From assembly GCA_050506795.1 (NCBI GenBank), contig JBJHCF010000026.1, forward strand, positions 1-64,000: 64,000 nt of DNA, read 5' to 3'. The DNA is from Opitutia bacterium (GTDB lineage Bacteria; Verrucomicrobiota; Verrucomicrobiia; Opitutales; T3Sed10-336). The notes below the pieces were generated by a model that was not told the origin of the DNA, searched no databases, and saw only the letters and a program-made list of their open reading frames with translations. Below are positions 29,201 to 38,690 of the stretch, in pieces (position 1 is the stretch's first letter; each line of letters starts with the position of its first letter). Made by a program: the position numbers and the translations under genes.

Positions 29201-29891
29201 AGAAACGGGCGAGGGACGACCGCTTTCGGCAACTCCTGTCGAGAATACCGGAGCGGAAGTGGATTCCCGCTACGCGCCATTTTATCATGAATCGGTTGCA
29301 CCGACGGACGGCCGCTGGGGAACGCTGATTCCGAATGGCATGAGCACGGGGGTCCGGCGAATCGAGGAACGCTCGGTGACCGATGGAAGCTTGCTCGCGG
29401 TGCGCCGTTTCCCGGAGGGAATTCACTCCACCGTGCAGGCAGGCTCGGGTTTACAGCCTTTGTTGTTCGAGAACCTTGGAGGTGATACCTATGCCGGCTG
29501 GCTGGAAGTGAGGTTTCCGGATCCCGACGATCGGGCCGATCCCGCTTTAAGTTCCCCGGAAGCCGACCCGGAGAACCTCGGGATACCCAATCTTCTGCGC
29601 TACGCCCTGGGTATTCCCGCTGAAGCGCAATCTCATGAATTTCTGCCGCGCGTGGAGGTTTTCGAAGGACGGCTCTCCCTGGTTTTCCGCCGTTTTCGGG
29701 AAAAAGACGACATCGCTTACCTGGTGCAGGCTTCCGGGGACCTGGCCGAATGGGGAGAGATTCTGTTCGATTCCCGCCAGCACGAAGGCGAGCTCATCAA
29801 CGGCAACGAGATCCGGGTTCGTGACTCCATGGACCTTGGCGAGCCGGAACGTCGAAGGTTCCTCCGCTTGAAGATCCTGCAATTGCCGTAG
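23229..29891 (+). CDS. Giant secreted CotH-kinase-family protein with lamin-tail, FN3/chitobiase-like and LamG-like domains
   Basis: IRINEVMASN..DWIELHN..LSDD..PTPGAAN (lamin tail); ILYTLDGTEP; CotH motifs RTHGGWSR, RNSGND, FINGEFWG, NHDWPQNN, WRWMLFDLDFG; start uncertain (ATG 23229 or 23148). Confidence 0.88.
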   Translation: MVSFPSPWTGSAASDWYWRVFSVGLSAFLLLAGVVRGQDIRINEVMASNGDTIADEDGDYEDWIELHNAGQLPVDLEGWGLSDDYDDPFRWSFPAVVLGPGEFLLVWASGKDRRNPGAPLHTNYSISASGEEVILTHPDGVRVDELPPTPIPGDISIGRLSGEGTAWFFFDEPTPGAANTTPGYTEILDPPEFSHEGGFYSSSFQLSLDAPEGTTILYTLDGTEPDLESVGGTTYQYKNSYPSGPLLDRTLETHIYEIPISIQNRSGYSNPISGINTRFTSSPHSPPGSVFSGTPVRARAVRDGALPSRVATHTYFVDSNAATRYDDIMVLSIVTDERNLFDYYTGIFVEGVWGDAWPGSSGDGWKTANYQGRGIDWERSGHLEVFEPQEGRALAQGIGIRTHGGWSRMFSPRKSIRLYARGIYDEANTFEHQFFPGLTRRGEGGGPLESFRRLMVRNSGNDWNGTLIQDAVQHHLVRDLPLDNMGYTRSVVHFINGEFWGIMQLRERMDQHYIASHYGMDPEEIVMIDVRPVVDPGYLTMTDGPFYAGLPMPNIMIKRGTLDDRDTYLALHNFAVQADLSDPANFAVIEAQVDLENLATYFAINVYAGNHDWPQNNVDSWRKRTDQFEPDAPYGHDGRWRWMLFDLDFGFEGSVSRNSLARVVNNSNVSPFGIPPSWSTALFQNMLANEGFRNLFINRLGDMATIFHPERVDRAVDEFNARISGYRSEHWARWGSGTNQGQFIKDFGWERGSHVRNHVLSVFGLPGTANLTVGNALPAGGRIRVNSLEIGPDTPRVEPLPVATVFAVERESDWRFLDDGSDPGLSWSESQFDDIAWSVGSAPFGYGDSVDFATEIGAGFGPDDKPITTYFRREFDWDSSEAPDSLDLFTTFDGGAVFYLNGNEINRQRMPEGPIDSSTPAEGRLAAAALEGLTAWYDAGAEMETRSRRGERFVTLWSDLSGNGRHAAQDTQIAQPSFIEDGFEGKPVVRFDGEHHFLQASIPDMRAGMTLFAVARVYAEGDSFGSYFGLSGAGSGNVRYHVGSGGGSGLGIAQPGQNLGQSTQASARFEVIRIEAHDDYTHTVTRLSSGQSVSAQLTQTGGFVDTLLLGAAGSADNTPTGRLPMELAELLLFDRELSGEASFQVVEYLSAKYGIAVAPIFSVGFEDMSLWLTADGPMSTRSPFFSSNIFVTSWHDRSGNGRNAVQSQNSRQPLLVQNAINGRPALRFDGNDDFLQAPIEDHRDAMTFYMVARLHNSTGALGSYAGLNGAGTGNVHYHTGTLDGRGQGLGIGIGQPEVNLAQDIRVSTEYDLFRIEAGAGALHRITRVNGGATVAAALLDTSGVIDSLTIAASRGSDGSIGAYGALEVAEVLIFERQLEGRERHEVERYLSLKYGFEPPVWYRYSIDPEQLIPGTNVLAAEIHQESSSWDDFRFDAELRATLSESSVRWSGIYFLGVPVELEAIADPGYRFVGWTGIDSTEPVLSLDLTSSGVTITPQFEFDEGSLEDAVPPPHPLVSGAYHFTGWDPDSPAGTYPEKMIFEQTLQGDPALGVEMDGFWVLPYDLESRSRINGLGENGFAFINTANAQDHPDAGYLGSAILALDTRGVDNIQVTWTAGTVLPNERVYGLRAQYRVGDDGPFIDLQDDEGAPVEYIRNASAGHSEIIGPLQLPSQLEDLPYVQIRWKYHHISGDSGPRAQLRIGDILVTSGTAGEAVSLEFTQAFSVSRQSGGPFPTVLVRALDENGLLSGSFSGEITLSAEGAAEIEGQTTVAAANGVAEFDGLTLNGAGLVSLEATAQGLAPATSETFRLVGLTEVVMPLWIQGEQDAAGDNLNRVPFVFRLALEGLRENAVYRFGNRIVDAEDPPEQNGAGNTVWVTGPDSDWIRNTDSPRFRDSDAGGRHHTFTSDASGRYEGWFVTEPSGNARFTPGNTVWVRLLLNDGDDGEETFHTLTAESPVTVIGWGDDSGEATAVTGSAASAPRSFVLLFDEETGEGRPLSATPVENTGAEVDSRYAPFYHESVAPTDGRWGTLIPNGMSTGVRRIEERSVTDGSLLAVRRFPEGIHSTVQAGSGLQPLLFENLGGDTYAGWLEVRFPDPDDRADPALSSPEADPENLGIPNLLRYALGIPAEAQSHEFLPRVEVFEGRLSLVFRRFREKDDIAYLVQASGDLAEWGEILFDSRQHEGELINGNEIRVRDSMDLGEPERRRFLRLKILQLP

Positions 29892-29978
29892 GTGGAATGT
29901 TGAACCTAAGCTCCTTCGATCAACTCCTTAACCAAGTGGCATTCGCCCCAGGTGGATTGTTCTTCAGCCGGGTAAGGG

Positions 29979-30053
<75 letters not shown>

Positions 30054-30274
30054 TGAAAAAAGGGAAGTTTGCCGACGCGCGGCAGTCTCGGCCAGAAAAA
30101 AATGCCGGAAAAGAAAATTCCGCCAAGGGTGCTGCGGAAATTTCCCGCCGTCCCGGCCTTCGGTGCGACCGTCGTCGCAGCCCGTGTGGAACTTCAACCT
30201 CGGGTAAAACTTTCCGGCTGCGGTTGTTTTGCTATTGGCTAGGGCGACAGGGCTTTGGTTAACTGAGCCCGCAT

Positions 30275-31720
30275 ATGAAAATCGCGCACGCCACGGGAGA
30301 ATTGTACCCATACGTCAAAACTGGAGGTTTGGCCGATGCGGCGGGTGCCATTGTGGAGTCCCTCGCCGATCACGGGCACGAGGTCTCGGTATTCCTTCCG
30401 GCGTACCGGGCGGTCATGGAAGCACCGGAACTTCCCGAACCGGAGAAGTTGCTCTCTTTTGGGGTGGAGATGGGCGACGCTTTTCTCCGGGGCGAGATCC
30501 TGGTGTGCCGGCCAAGAAAAAACCTCACCCTGTATTTGATCGGTCGCGACGAATACTTCGATCGTCAGTTTCCCTACGGCCGTCCGGATCGGGATTACGA
30601 GGATAACGCCGAGCGGTTCATCTTTTTCGCCAAAGCGGTGGTGGAGGCCCACATCCGACTGGGGCTCAAGCCGGATGTGGTTCACTGTCATGATTGGCAG
30701 ACCGCGCTGATTCCGATCCTGCTGCGGATCGAGGAGCGCCGCCGGGCTTTGGCCATCGCGGGAAAGACCGTTCTTACCATTCACAATCTGGCATTTCAGG
30801 GGGTTTTTCCCCGCAAGACCTTTGATCTCACCAATCTCCCGGAGGAACTGCTCCATATCGACGGTCTGGAGTTTTACGGACAGATCAATCTGCTGAAAGG
30901 GGGGATCCTTTTCGCCGATCGCCTCACCACGGTCAGCCCCACCTATGCGCGGGAAATCCTGACACCGGAATTCGGATGCGGCCTGGAAGGGGTTCTGCGT
31001 TTGCGGGCCGACGACCTGGTCAGTGTGTTAAACGGGATCGATACTTCCGTCTGGAACCCGGAGAAAGACAAACATCTGCCGGCCCAATACAGTGCCGGGA
31101 ATCTCGATGGAAAGCTGCTTTGCCGCAAGGCATTGCTCCGGGCGTCCGGTTTCGACGAATCGTTTGCGGGGCCCGTTTTCGGGATGATTTGCCGCTTTAC
31201 CGAACAGAAGGGAATCCTCCTGGTGCCGCACACCGCCGAATTCTTCCAGGGCGATCGGGCACGTCTGGTGATACTGGGTTCGGGCGCGCCCGAGTACGAA
31301 CAGGGGATTCGAATGTTGGCGGAGCGGCGACCGGATGCTGTTCATGCCTCGTTCCTGCTTGACGAGTCCCTCAGTCACCTGATCGAGGCAGGAAGCGATT
31401 TTTTTCTTATGCCGTCGATTTTCGAGCCGTGCGGCTTGAACCAAATGTACAGTCAACATTACGGCACGGTACCGGTGGTCAGCCGGGTGGGAGGGTTGGC
31501 CGATACGGTGGTGGATATTGACGAATCTCCGGGCCGGGGAACAGGCATCCATTTTCTGCCGAATAGTGTGGAATCATTGCTGGATGCCCTGGAACGGGCG
31601 GAAACGCTTTATCGTGATGCTCCGGAAATGCGCGCCATCATTCTACGGGGAATGAAGGCCGATTTCAGTTGGTCCGCTGCCGTCCGTCATTACGAAAATC
31701 TCTACCGGGACATCCTCTAG
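30275..31720 (+). CDS. glgA: Glycogen synthase
   Basis: KTGGLAD, HCHDWQT, TIHNLAFQG, PSIFEPCGLNQ, VGGLADTV. Confidence 0.95.
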   Translation: MKIAHATGELYPYVKTGGLADAAGAIVESLADHGHEVSVFLPAYRAVMEAPELPEPEKLLSFGVEMGDAFLRGEILVCRPRKNLTLYLIGRDEYFDRQFPYGRPDRDYEDNAERFIFFAKAVVEAHIRLGLKPDVVHCHDWQTALIPILLRIEERRRALAIAGKTVLTIHNLAFQGVFPRKTFDLTNLPEELLHIDGLEFYGQINLLKGGILFADRLTTVSPTYAREILTPEFGCGLEGVLRLRADDLVSVLNGIDTSVWNPEKDKHLPAQYSAGNLDGKLLCRKALLRASGFDESFAGPVFGMICRFTEQKGILLVPHTAEFFQGDRARLVILGSGAPEYEQGIRMLAERRPDAVHASFLLDESLSHLIEAGSDFFLMPSIFEPCGLNQMYSQHYGTVPVVSRVGGLADTVVDIDESPGRGTGIHFLPNSVESLLDALERAETLYRDAPEMRAIILRGMKADFSWSAAVRHYENLYRDIL

Positions 31721-31826
31721 CCTGGTTTATTCGCGAATACTTCCGAGCAGAGTTATCTTGAGTTTATGACGTCAGATACCTGATATAAGTTGACTCGCCC
31801 GGATTTTCAGGGCACAAATAGGGGGT

Positions 31827-32546
31827 ATGTTGACGCAGGCAGAAGATTTGACCGCGGTGAATCGGGATCTGGAGGAACGCAATGCGGAGGAACGCTTGCG
31901 TTGGGCTCTCGATCGCTACGGAGACGGTCTGGTCATGAGCACCAGTTTCGGCGTTCAGTCGGCGGTGATGTTGCACCTGGTCACCCGCGTCATTCCGGAT
32001 ATCCCGATCGTTTTCGTGGACACCGGATACCTGTTTCCGGAGACCTATCGATTCGCGGAGGAATTGCGCAAGCGTCTGAATCTCAACATCAAAAAATACC
32101 ATCCCGGCATGAGCGCGGCGGAGCAGGAAGCGCTCTACGGCAAGCTGTGGGAACAGGGGGTCGACGGCCTGACTCGCTATAATCTGATCAACAAGGTGGA
32201 GCCCATGAATCGCGCTCTGAGCGAACTGGGAGCCACCGCCTGGCTGGCCGGCCTGCGCCGTTCCCAGGCCACCACCCGCGAACATTTGCGAGTTGTGCAG
32301 GTGCAGAACAAACTCTTCAAAGTTCATCCCATCATCGACTGGGGTGACCGCGAGGTTTACCAATACCTGAAAAAACACGGTTTGCCCTACCATCCGCTGT
32401 GGGAGAAGAATTACGTTTCGGTGGGGGACTGGCATTCCAGCGCTCCGCTGACCGCCGGACAGCGTCCGGAGGACACCCGCTTCAACGGGATCAAACGGGA
32501 ATGCGGTCTGCACGAACTCTCCGGCCGGATCGATTTCCAGATTTGA
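31827..32546 (+). CDS. cysH: Phosphoadenylyl-sulfate (PAPS) reductase, cluster-free type
   Basis: [33 protein letters not shown]; no CC/CxxC Fe-S motif. Confidence 0.93.
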   Translation: MLTQAEDLTAVNRDLEERNAEERLRWALDRYGDGLVMSTSFGVQSAVMLHLVTRVIPDIPIVFVDTGYLFPETYRFAEELRKRLNLNIKKYHPGMSAAEQEALYGKLWEQGVDGLTRYNLINKVEPMNRALSELGATAWLAGLRRSQATTREHLRVVQVQNKLFKVHPIIDWGDREVYQYLKKHGLPYHPLWEKNYVSVGDWHSSAPLTAGQRPEDTRFNGIKRECGLHELSGRIDFQI

Positions 32547-32588
32547 GATCGGCTCTTTTCCCGCGGGCGGCTTCGCCAATAATCCAGT

Positions 32589-33197
32589 TTAGATCGGCAG
32601 GCACACCTGGATTCCAGGGCCGTGAACGCCTTCTATCAGGATCCCTTCGACGTCCGCGGTTTTGGAGGGACCGGTCACCCAGACGGTGTTCGGATCTTCG
32701 CCCAGGTTTTCGATTGCGTCCGTGACGGTGGCAGAAAGGGCGTTCTTCTCGACCAGCGCAATGTGAATCCACGGCGCCAGGGCGCCCAGGCGGTCGGGGG
32801 TGTCGAGATCGCGCAGGATGATCGTGCCAGATTCCGCGATGGCGCCGTGCGCCCGGGTGATGCCGAAGGCGTAGCGGTCAATCGCGGCACGATCAATGGT
32901 TTCGTGCAGGGTCAGGGCGTTCCGAAAGGTCTCGGGCAAATGTTCACGGAGACGGGGATCGACGTAGCCTTCGGTGGCTTTGGCATCACGCAGCAGGTCA
33001 GATAGCGCGTCGAAGGAGGTAAGGAAGGTGCCGTTGACCGCTTCGAAATTCTTCCGGAAGTCTTCCCATGAGCCGCTTTCGGTGAGGCGGGCAGGGGAAA
33101 CCCATGTTGCCGGATCCAGTTCCGGGCGGGCGGCGCGCTCCTGCAATGGAGTTAACGCCTCTTTGATGGCGGCAAAGATTCGTGCGCGGTCGTTCAT
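32589..33197 (-). CDS. lutC: Lactate utilization protein C (LUD domain)
   Basis: AIAESGTI, PWIHIALV, TGPSKTADVEGILIEGVHGP; ATG overlaps the lutB stop. Confidence 0.88.
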   Translation of the reverse strand: MNDRARIFAAIKEALTPLQERAARPELDPATWVSPARLTESGSWEDFRKNFEAVNGTFLTSFDALSDLLRDAKATEGYVDPRLREHLPETFRNALTLHETIDRAAIDRYAFGITRAHGAIAESGTIILRDLDTPDRLGALAPWIHIALVEKNALSATVTDAIENLGEDPNTVWVTGPSKTADVEGILIEGVHGPGIQVCLPI

Positions 33198-34606
33198 GAC
33201 GGATTGCTCTTCTGTTTCTTTCGTTCGGCCGCCCACTGGCGGTAGCGGCCGCCGCGCCAGGCGGGGAGTGTGCGTTGCGAAGTCCAACGCCCCAGCGGGC
33301 CAAACGGCAGAAAGCCGAGGGGTACGATGTTGAGCATGTTGGCGGCGCGCAGACTCATCCTCCAGGCGGCGGGACTCTTCGCCAGCATGGCCCACGGTTT
33401 CAGGTTCGGGGCATCGTTGAAGGCGGCCGGCGCATGTTCGCGGTGCGCGCGGTCCCGCAGGCGCAGGAGAAGATCCGGAATGGGAATGTCGACCGGGCAG
33501 ACTTCGTTGCAGGCGCCGCACAAACTGGAGGCTTTGGGCAGATCCGCGAATTCCGCGAACCGGGCCGATCCGGCCAGCAGCGGAGAGAGAACCGCCCCGA
33601 GCGGACCGGGATAGACGCTGCGATAGGCGTGCCCCGATGACTGCCGGTAAACCGGACAAACATTCATGCAGGCCCCGCAGCGAATGCAGCGGAGAATCTC
33701 GCGGCAATCCGAAGCGAGGGTTTCCGTCCGTCCGGCGTTGACAAATATCACGTGCATTTCCTCGGGGCCGGAAATCGCGTCGGGAGGACGCGGTCCGCGA
33801 ATGAACTCCGTGTACACCGTCAGATTTTGTCCGGTGGCGGAGCGGCCCAGAAGGTTGAGCATCAAAGAAAGGCTGCGATCGTCGGGCACCAGTTTTTCGA
33901 TCCCCACCAGGGCGATATGCATCCGGGCGCCGGCCAGTCCGAAGCGGGAGTTTCCCTCGTTGGTGACGATACAAATGCGGCCCGATTCCGCGGAAACGAA
34001 GTTGGCGCCGGTAATGCTGGCCTCGGCCGAAAGGTACTTCCGGCGCATGTACTCGCGGGCCCGGCGGGTGATGGTTTCCGGGTCGTCATTGTAGTCGCCG
34101 AGTCCGCAACGTTCGAAGGTTTTGGCGATCTGCGCGCGATTTTTGTGTATGATCGGTTTGACGACGTGACTGGGGTGGTCGCCGTCGAGCTGAACGATGA
34201 ACTCACCGAGGTCGGTTTCGACCAGGTCAAAGCCCATCTCCGCCAGGTGACGGTTCAGTTCAATTTCCTCGCTGACCATGGTTTTGGATTTCGTCACGTG
34301 CCGGACGCCGCGTTCCCGGAGCAGGGTTTCCACCTGTTGGCAGGCCGACGCGGCATCCCAGGCGAAATGAACCTTGGCGCCATTATCGATCAGTCGCTGT
34401 TCGGCCGCCTCCAGGTAGCGGTCCAGGTGCTCCAGGGTGTGCTGTTTGATCGCGCCGGCGAGCGCCCGCAGGGAATCCGCGTCCGGCAAGTCGCCGAACA
34501 ATACTTTCTGGCGCTTTTCCGTGCCGGCCGCGCTCCCTCCGAGGACCGAGTCACGGACCCCTTTGTCGAGACGGCGGGCGAATTGGTCGATTTGCTGATG
34601 GCTCAT
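33194..34606 (-). CDS. lutB: Lactate utilization Fe-S protein B
   Basis: KSKTMVSEE, ETDLGE, NEGN, CIRCGACMNVCPVY, SSLCGACNEVCPV. Confidence 0.92.
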   Translation of the reverse strand: MSHQQIDQFARRLDKGVRDSVLGGSAAGTEKRQKVLFGDLPDADSLRALAGAIKQHTLEHLDRYLEAAEQRLIDNGAKVHFAWDAASACQQVETLLRERGVRHVTKSKTMVSEEIELNRHLAEMGFDLVETDLGEFIVQLDGDHPSHVVKPIIHKNRAQIAKTFERCGLGDYNDDPETITRRAREYMRRKYLSAEASITGANFVSAESGRICIVTNEGNSRFGLAGARMHIALVGIEKLVPDDRSLSLMLNLLGRSATGQNLTVYTEFIRGPRPPDAISGPEEMHVIFVNAGRTETLASDCREILRCIRCGACMNVCPVYRQSSGHAYRSVYPGPLGAVLSPLLAGSARFAEFADLPKASSLCGACNEVCPVDIPIPDLLLRLRDRAHREHAPAAFNDAPNLKPWAMLAKSPAAWRMSLRAANMLNIVPLGFLPFGPLGRWTSQRTLPAWRGGRYRQWAAERKKQKSNPS

Positions 34607-35370
34607 TGGACGGTGACCGGGGTGACGCGCGCATCGCGCAGTACCTGGATGGCATGCTTGACGGGAAGGGGCGAGCCCTGCTTTTCCGCCAGCCCGTTCA
34701 GGTGCATGAGGCAGCTCATATCTCCGGAAACCAGCAGGTCGGGGTTCGTCGCCCGAACGGAATCGATTTTGAGCCGTCCCATGGAACCGGAGATATGGGG
34801 GAAAGTGACTGAAAACGTGCCGCCGAAACCGCAGCATTGCTCCGGCTGGGTGAAGTCGAGCAGTGTGACGCCGGCGATCGATCCCACCAGGGTCCGAATG
34901 GCTTCCGGGGTGCCGGTGCCACGCGAATGGCAGGAACTGTGGATCGCGACGCGGGCGTCGAGCCGTCCTTCCCAGGAATCGATGCCCAATCCGTTGCGGA
35001 GGAAATCACAGATCTCCCAGGTGCGCGCGCCGAAGGCCTGAACCTGGGGCAGATCGGGTTCCTTTTCGTGGGCCAGAAGCGCCCCGTGAAAGGACATGGC
35101 GGCGCAGGAACCGCTGGGAACGATGATCGGGCAGTCGCCCTGAAAAACGTTCAAGGTGTGACGAATCACCTGCCGGGCGGAAGCCCAGTCTCCTCCGTTG
35201 AACGCCGGCTGACCGCAGCAGGTCTGGCTTTCGGGAACGATGACCTCGATGCCCAGGGATTCGAGGACTTCGTGGGTGGCGCGGGCGACATCGTCAAAGA
35301 ACGCGTCGCAGAGACAGGTCATCATCAACTGAACCGTCTTGGGCTTTTCAACAATTGGATGACGGTTCAT
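34603..35370 (-). CDS. lutA: Lactate utilization protein A (CCG domains)
   Basis: TCLCD, QTCCGQP, SGSC, HSSCH, CCGFGGTFS. Confidence 0.9.
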   Translation of the reverse strand: MNRHPIVEKPKTVQLMMTCLCDAFFDDVARATHEVLESLGIEVIVPESQTCCGQPAFNGGDWASARQVIRHTLNVFQGDCPIIVPSGSCAAMSFHGALLAHEKEPDLPQVQAFGARTWEICDFLRNGLGIDSWEGRLDARVAIHSSCHSRGTGTPEAIRTLVGSIAGVTLLDFTQPEQCCGFGGTFSVTFPHISGSMGRLKIDSVRATNPDLLVSGDMSCLMHLNGLAEKQGSPLPVKHAIQVLRDARVTPVTVQ

Positions 35371-35573
35371 AAGGTCGGCGGGAAAGCTGACATGGGAATT
35401 TGCGATTCGGTTGAAATCAGGACTCGGGCCATCTTTGGTTCTTGCGGGGAGGCTAACAAGGGAAAAACGGTTTCGGGTCTCGGTTACCCACTTAAAAAAA
35501 TTGACCATTTACGGGATTTTCCTGTCTGTCTTGTCGAGCGCTTGCCCCCCGTTTGTAAAACCAAGGGTACGAC

Positions 35574-38450
35574 ATGATCTCAAGAATTCTCGGCAGTGTT
35601 TTAGCGTTTTTTCTCCTCTGGAGTGTTGTTGCGACCGGTGAATCCCGTCCCTGGCCCTTCGAAACGAGCGATCTGGAGCCGGATCCCACCGTCGTTTTCG
35701 GCGAGCTGGATAATGGCGTTCGTTACGCCTTGATGCCCAATTCCGAACCGGCTGACCGCGTGAGTCTTCGCCTGTTTGTCCGGGCCGGATCCCTGCAGGA
35801 GCGGGATGACCAGCGCGGCCTGGCCCATTACCTCGAACACATGGCCTTCAACGGCACGGAAAATTTCGCTCCCGGCACTCTGATTGAATATTTTCAGAAT
35901 CTCGGCATGAGTTTCGGGGCCGACACCAACGCCTACACCGCCTTTGATCGCACCGTCTACCAGATCGAGTTGCCGGACACCGAGCGCGACTCGGTGGATG
36001 AAGCTCTGCTGGTGCTGCGGGATTTCGCCGGGCGCATGCTCATCGAGGAGGACGAGGTCGAATCCGAGCGCGGGGTGATCTTGAGCGAAATGCGTTCGCG
36101 GGATTCGGTTCGTTTCCGCACCGCGGTGGAAGAATTTTCCTTTCTGTTGCCCGAGGCCATCATCGCCGATCGGTTTCCCATCGGTACGGAGGAGGTGCTC
36201 CGGGAGGCGGACCGCGAGTTATTGGTGGACTATTATGAGTCTTGGTACCGGCCGGAGCGCATTGCCATTATTGTCGTCGGCGATGTCGCCCCGGACGACG
36301 TCACGCCCCTCATCGAATCGCATTTTGGTGATTTCGAGGCCCGGAGACCCGAACCGGAGGAGCCGCGGAGGGGGCAGGTGGTGGCCAGGGAACTGGCGAC
36401 CCGTTTGCACCCGGAACCCGAAGCCAGCACTACCCGGATCGCCGTGCAAAGCGTGCAGCCTTACACTCCGCGGCCGGACACGGCGGAGGAACGGACCAGC
36501 CGTATCAAGCGGGCGGTGGCCATGCGGATGCTGAACCGGCGACTGGACGTGCTGGCCAACCGCGAGGATGCTCCTTTCACCCATGCGTCGGTCGGGGCCT
36601 ACGATTTATTCGACTTTTTCACCAATGCCGCGGTGGAAGTGCATACCCGGCCGGAGCAATGGGAGGAGGCGTTGCGGGTGATAGAAAGGGAACTGCGCCG
36701 GGCTCTCCAGTACGGGTTTGTTGAAGGGGAGTTGCGGGAAGTCCGGGCCGATCTTATCAACTCCTTTGAAGAAGCGTCGCGGCGCGCTCCGACGCGTCGG
36801 TCCCGCGATTTGGCCGAAGGACTGGTTGCGTCGTTTTCCGGTCACACGGTTTTCACCGATCCCGACACCGAGCTCGATTTGATGAAACCCGCGCTGGAGG
36901 CAATGACCACCGCGGACACTCACCGTGCGCTGGTGGGAGCGTTTCCAGAAGGCAACCGGTTTGTGTTCGTCACCGGCAACCTGGAGGTTCCCGACGCCGA
37001 GGAGACCATCGCCGCGGTTTATCTGTCGAGCCGGGAGGAGGCGGTGGAACCGCCCGAAGACCGCGAAGCGATTCCATTTGGCTATCAAAGCTTCGGTGAG
37101 GCCGGGGCCGTGGAGGAGCGGGTGCGGCATGACGATTTGGACGTGTACCAGGTTCGTTTCGCCAACGGAGTGAGATTGAACCTCAAACAGACGGATTTTT
37201 CCTCCAACGAGATCAACCTGAGCGTCCGTCTCGGAGGGGGACTGCTTGAACTCCCCGAGGATCGGCCGGGTTTGGCCCTTCTGGCTACGGAAACCTTTAT
37301 CGGCGGAGGTTTGGGGCGACATTCCGTCGATGAGTTGCGCGGGATTTTCGCCGGGCGCAATCTCGGGTGGAGTTTTTCCGTCGGAGAAGACGCTTTCACC
37401 TTCCGCGGGACCACCACCCCGGATGACCTCGAGGACCAGTTTGCCCTTTTGGCGGCCTACCTGACCGACCCCGGCTACCGGGAGGAATCTTTGCGAAGGG
37501 CTCACACCGGCATCGAAGCAATTTATACCGCCGCTCGGCACACGGCTGCGGGGGTGCTGCAGGACCGGGTTGCACGTTATCTCGCCGGCGGGGATTTTCG
37601 TTTCGGACTGCCCGCGCGTGACGAGGTGATGTCGTTGGGCATGGACGACGTCCGGGATTGGCTCGAACGGCCCCTGGCCAACGCCTATTTGGAGGTTGCG
37701 GTGGTGGGAGATTTTGCAGATGTCGATGGGGTGATCGCCCTGGCGGCCAGGAGCCTGGGCGCGCTTTCGGAGAGAGACGATGAGAAGGCTGATTTCTCCG
37801 CCCGCCGGGTATTGGATTGGCCGGTAGGCGGTGGTGAAAAACGAGTTGAGTTCGAGTCCCGCATTCCAAGTGGAATCGCGGCCGTGTACTGGCCGACCGC
37901 GGACCGTTGGGATATCGAGCGGGATCGCCGTTTGAGCCTGTTGGCACGCGTTTTTTCCGACCGCATGCGCGTGCGAATCCGCGAAGAGATGGGTGAGGCT
38001 TACAGCCCTTACGCCGTGAGCAACACCAGCGGGACCTATCGGGATTACGGTTGGTTCTACGGCATTGTCGGAGTGGATCCGGACCAGGCGAACGCGGTGG
38101 CGGACGTCATGGTGGAAATCGCACACGAGTTGCGTCGCGAAGGGATTTCCGACGGCGAACTGCAGCGGGCGTTGCGACCGGTGTTGACTTCCATTCGCGA
38201 CACGGTGCGCACCAACCGCTACTGGTTGGAGTCGGTTTTGGCGAGTTCGCAGGAGTTTCCGGAGCGACTTGAGTGGGCGCGTACCATGAGCGATGACTTC
38301 GCCGCCATTACCGTCGCGGAGTTGGACGCCCTGGTTGGAGAGTACCTCGATCCGGATTCGGCGCTGCGGGTGATTCTTCTGCCGGTGGATGCCTCCGGGG
38401 AGGTCCTGGAGGCAGCGGAGGAGGCGTTTGCGCCGGCTGAAACTCATTGA
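35574..38450 (+). CDS. Exported M16-family zinc protease (PqqL-like)
   Basis: Signal peptide; GLAHYLEHMAFNG; NAYT; RFPIG; WYRP. Confidence 0.92.
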   Translation: MISRILGSVLAFFLLWSVVATGESRPWPFETSDLEPDPTVVFGELDNGVRYALMPNSEPADRVSLRLFVRAGSLQERDDQRGLAHYLEHMAFNGTENFAPGTLIEYFQNLGMSFGADTNAYTAFDRTVYQIELPDTERDSVDEALLVLRDFAGRMLIEEDEVESERGVILSEMRSRDSVRFRTAVEEFSFLLPEAIIADRFPIGTEEVLREADRELLVDYYESWYRPERIAIIVVGDVAPDDVTPLIESHFGDFEARRPEPEEPRRGQVVARELATRLHPEPEASTTRIAVQSVQPYTPRPDTAEERTSRIKRAVAMRMLNRRLDVLANREDAPFTHASVGAYDLFDFFTNAAVEVHTRPEQWEEALRVIERELRRALQYGFVEGELREVRADLINSFEEASRRAPTRRSRDLAEGLVASFSGHTVFTDPDTELDLMKPALEAMTTADTHRALVGAFPEGNRFVFVTGNLEVPDAEETIAAVYLSSREEAVEPPEDREAIPFGYQSFGEAGAVEERVRHDDLDVYQVRFANGVRLNLKQTDFSSNEINLSVRLGGGLLELPEDRPGLALLATETFIGGGLGRHSVDELRGIFAGRNLGWSFSVGEDAFTFRGTTTPDDLEDQFALLAAYLTDPGYREESLRRAHTGIEAIYTAARHTAAGVLQDRVARYLAGGDFRFGLPARDEVMSLGMDDVRDWLERPLANAYLEVAVVGDFADVDGVIALAARSLGALSERDDEKADFSARRVLDWPVGGGEKRVEFESRIPSGIAAVYWPTADRWDIERDRRLSLLARVFSDRMRVRIREEMGEAYSPYAVSNTSGTYRDYGWFYGIVGVDPDQANAVADVMVEIAHELRREGISDGELQRALRPVLTSIRDTVRTNRYWLESVLASSQEFPERLEWARTMSDDFAAITVAELDALVGEYLDPDSALRVILLPVDASGEVLEAAEEAFAPAETH

Positions 38451-38690
38451 GGACGGATAATAATCCCGGATCGCCTGACGGGGTTTTTGCTTGAGAGCAT
38501 ATCCCGTTCAGGTTCATTCGTTTATCTCAAAACTTACAGTTTCGATCTTAAATGCCTTCGCATGCGGCTGCCAGCCGGTAAATGAAAAGCCTCTGCGGAT
38601 CGTGTGTTGTCGGCGCTTAATGGGTTGACTCTGTTTGGGAAGGGTTCCTTTATTGGCGGTTTATCCAGAACTACAGCCGGTTATACTTGC

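Noticed and set aside
32589..33974. 461-aa ORF suggesting a long LutC or an overlapping gene
   Set aside because: Only the last ~200 aa are LutC; the ATG at 33197 overlaps the lutB stop and the extension is an alternative frame of lutB
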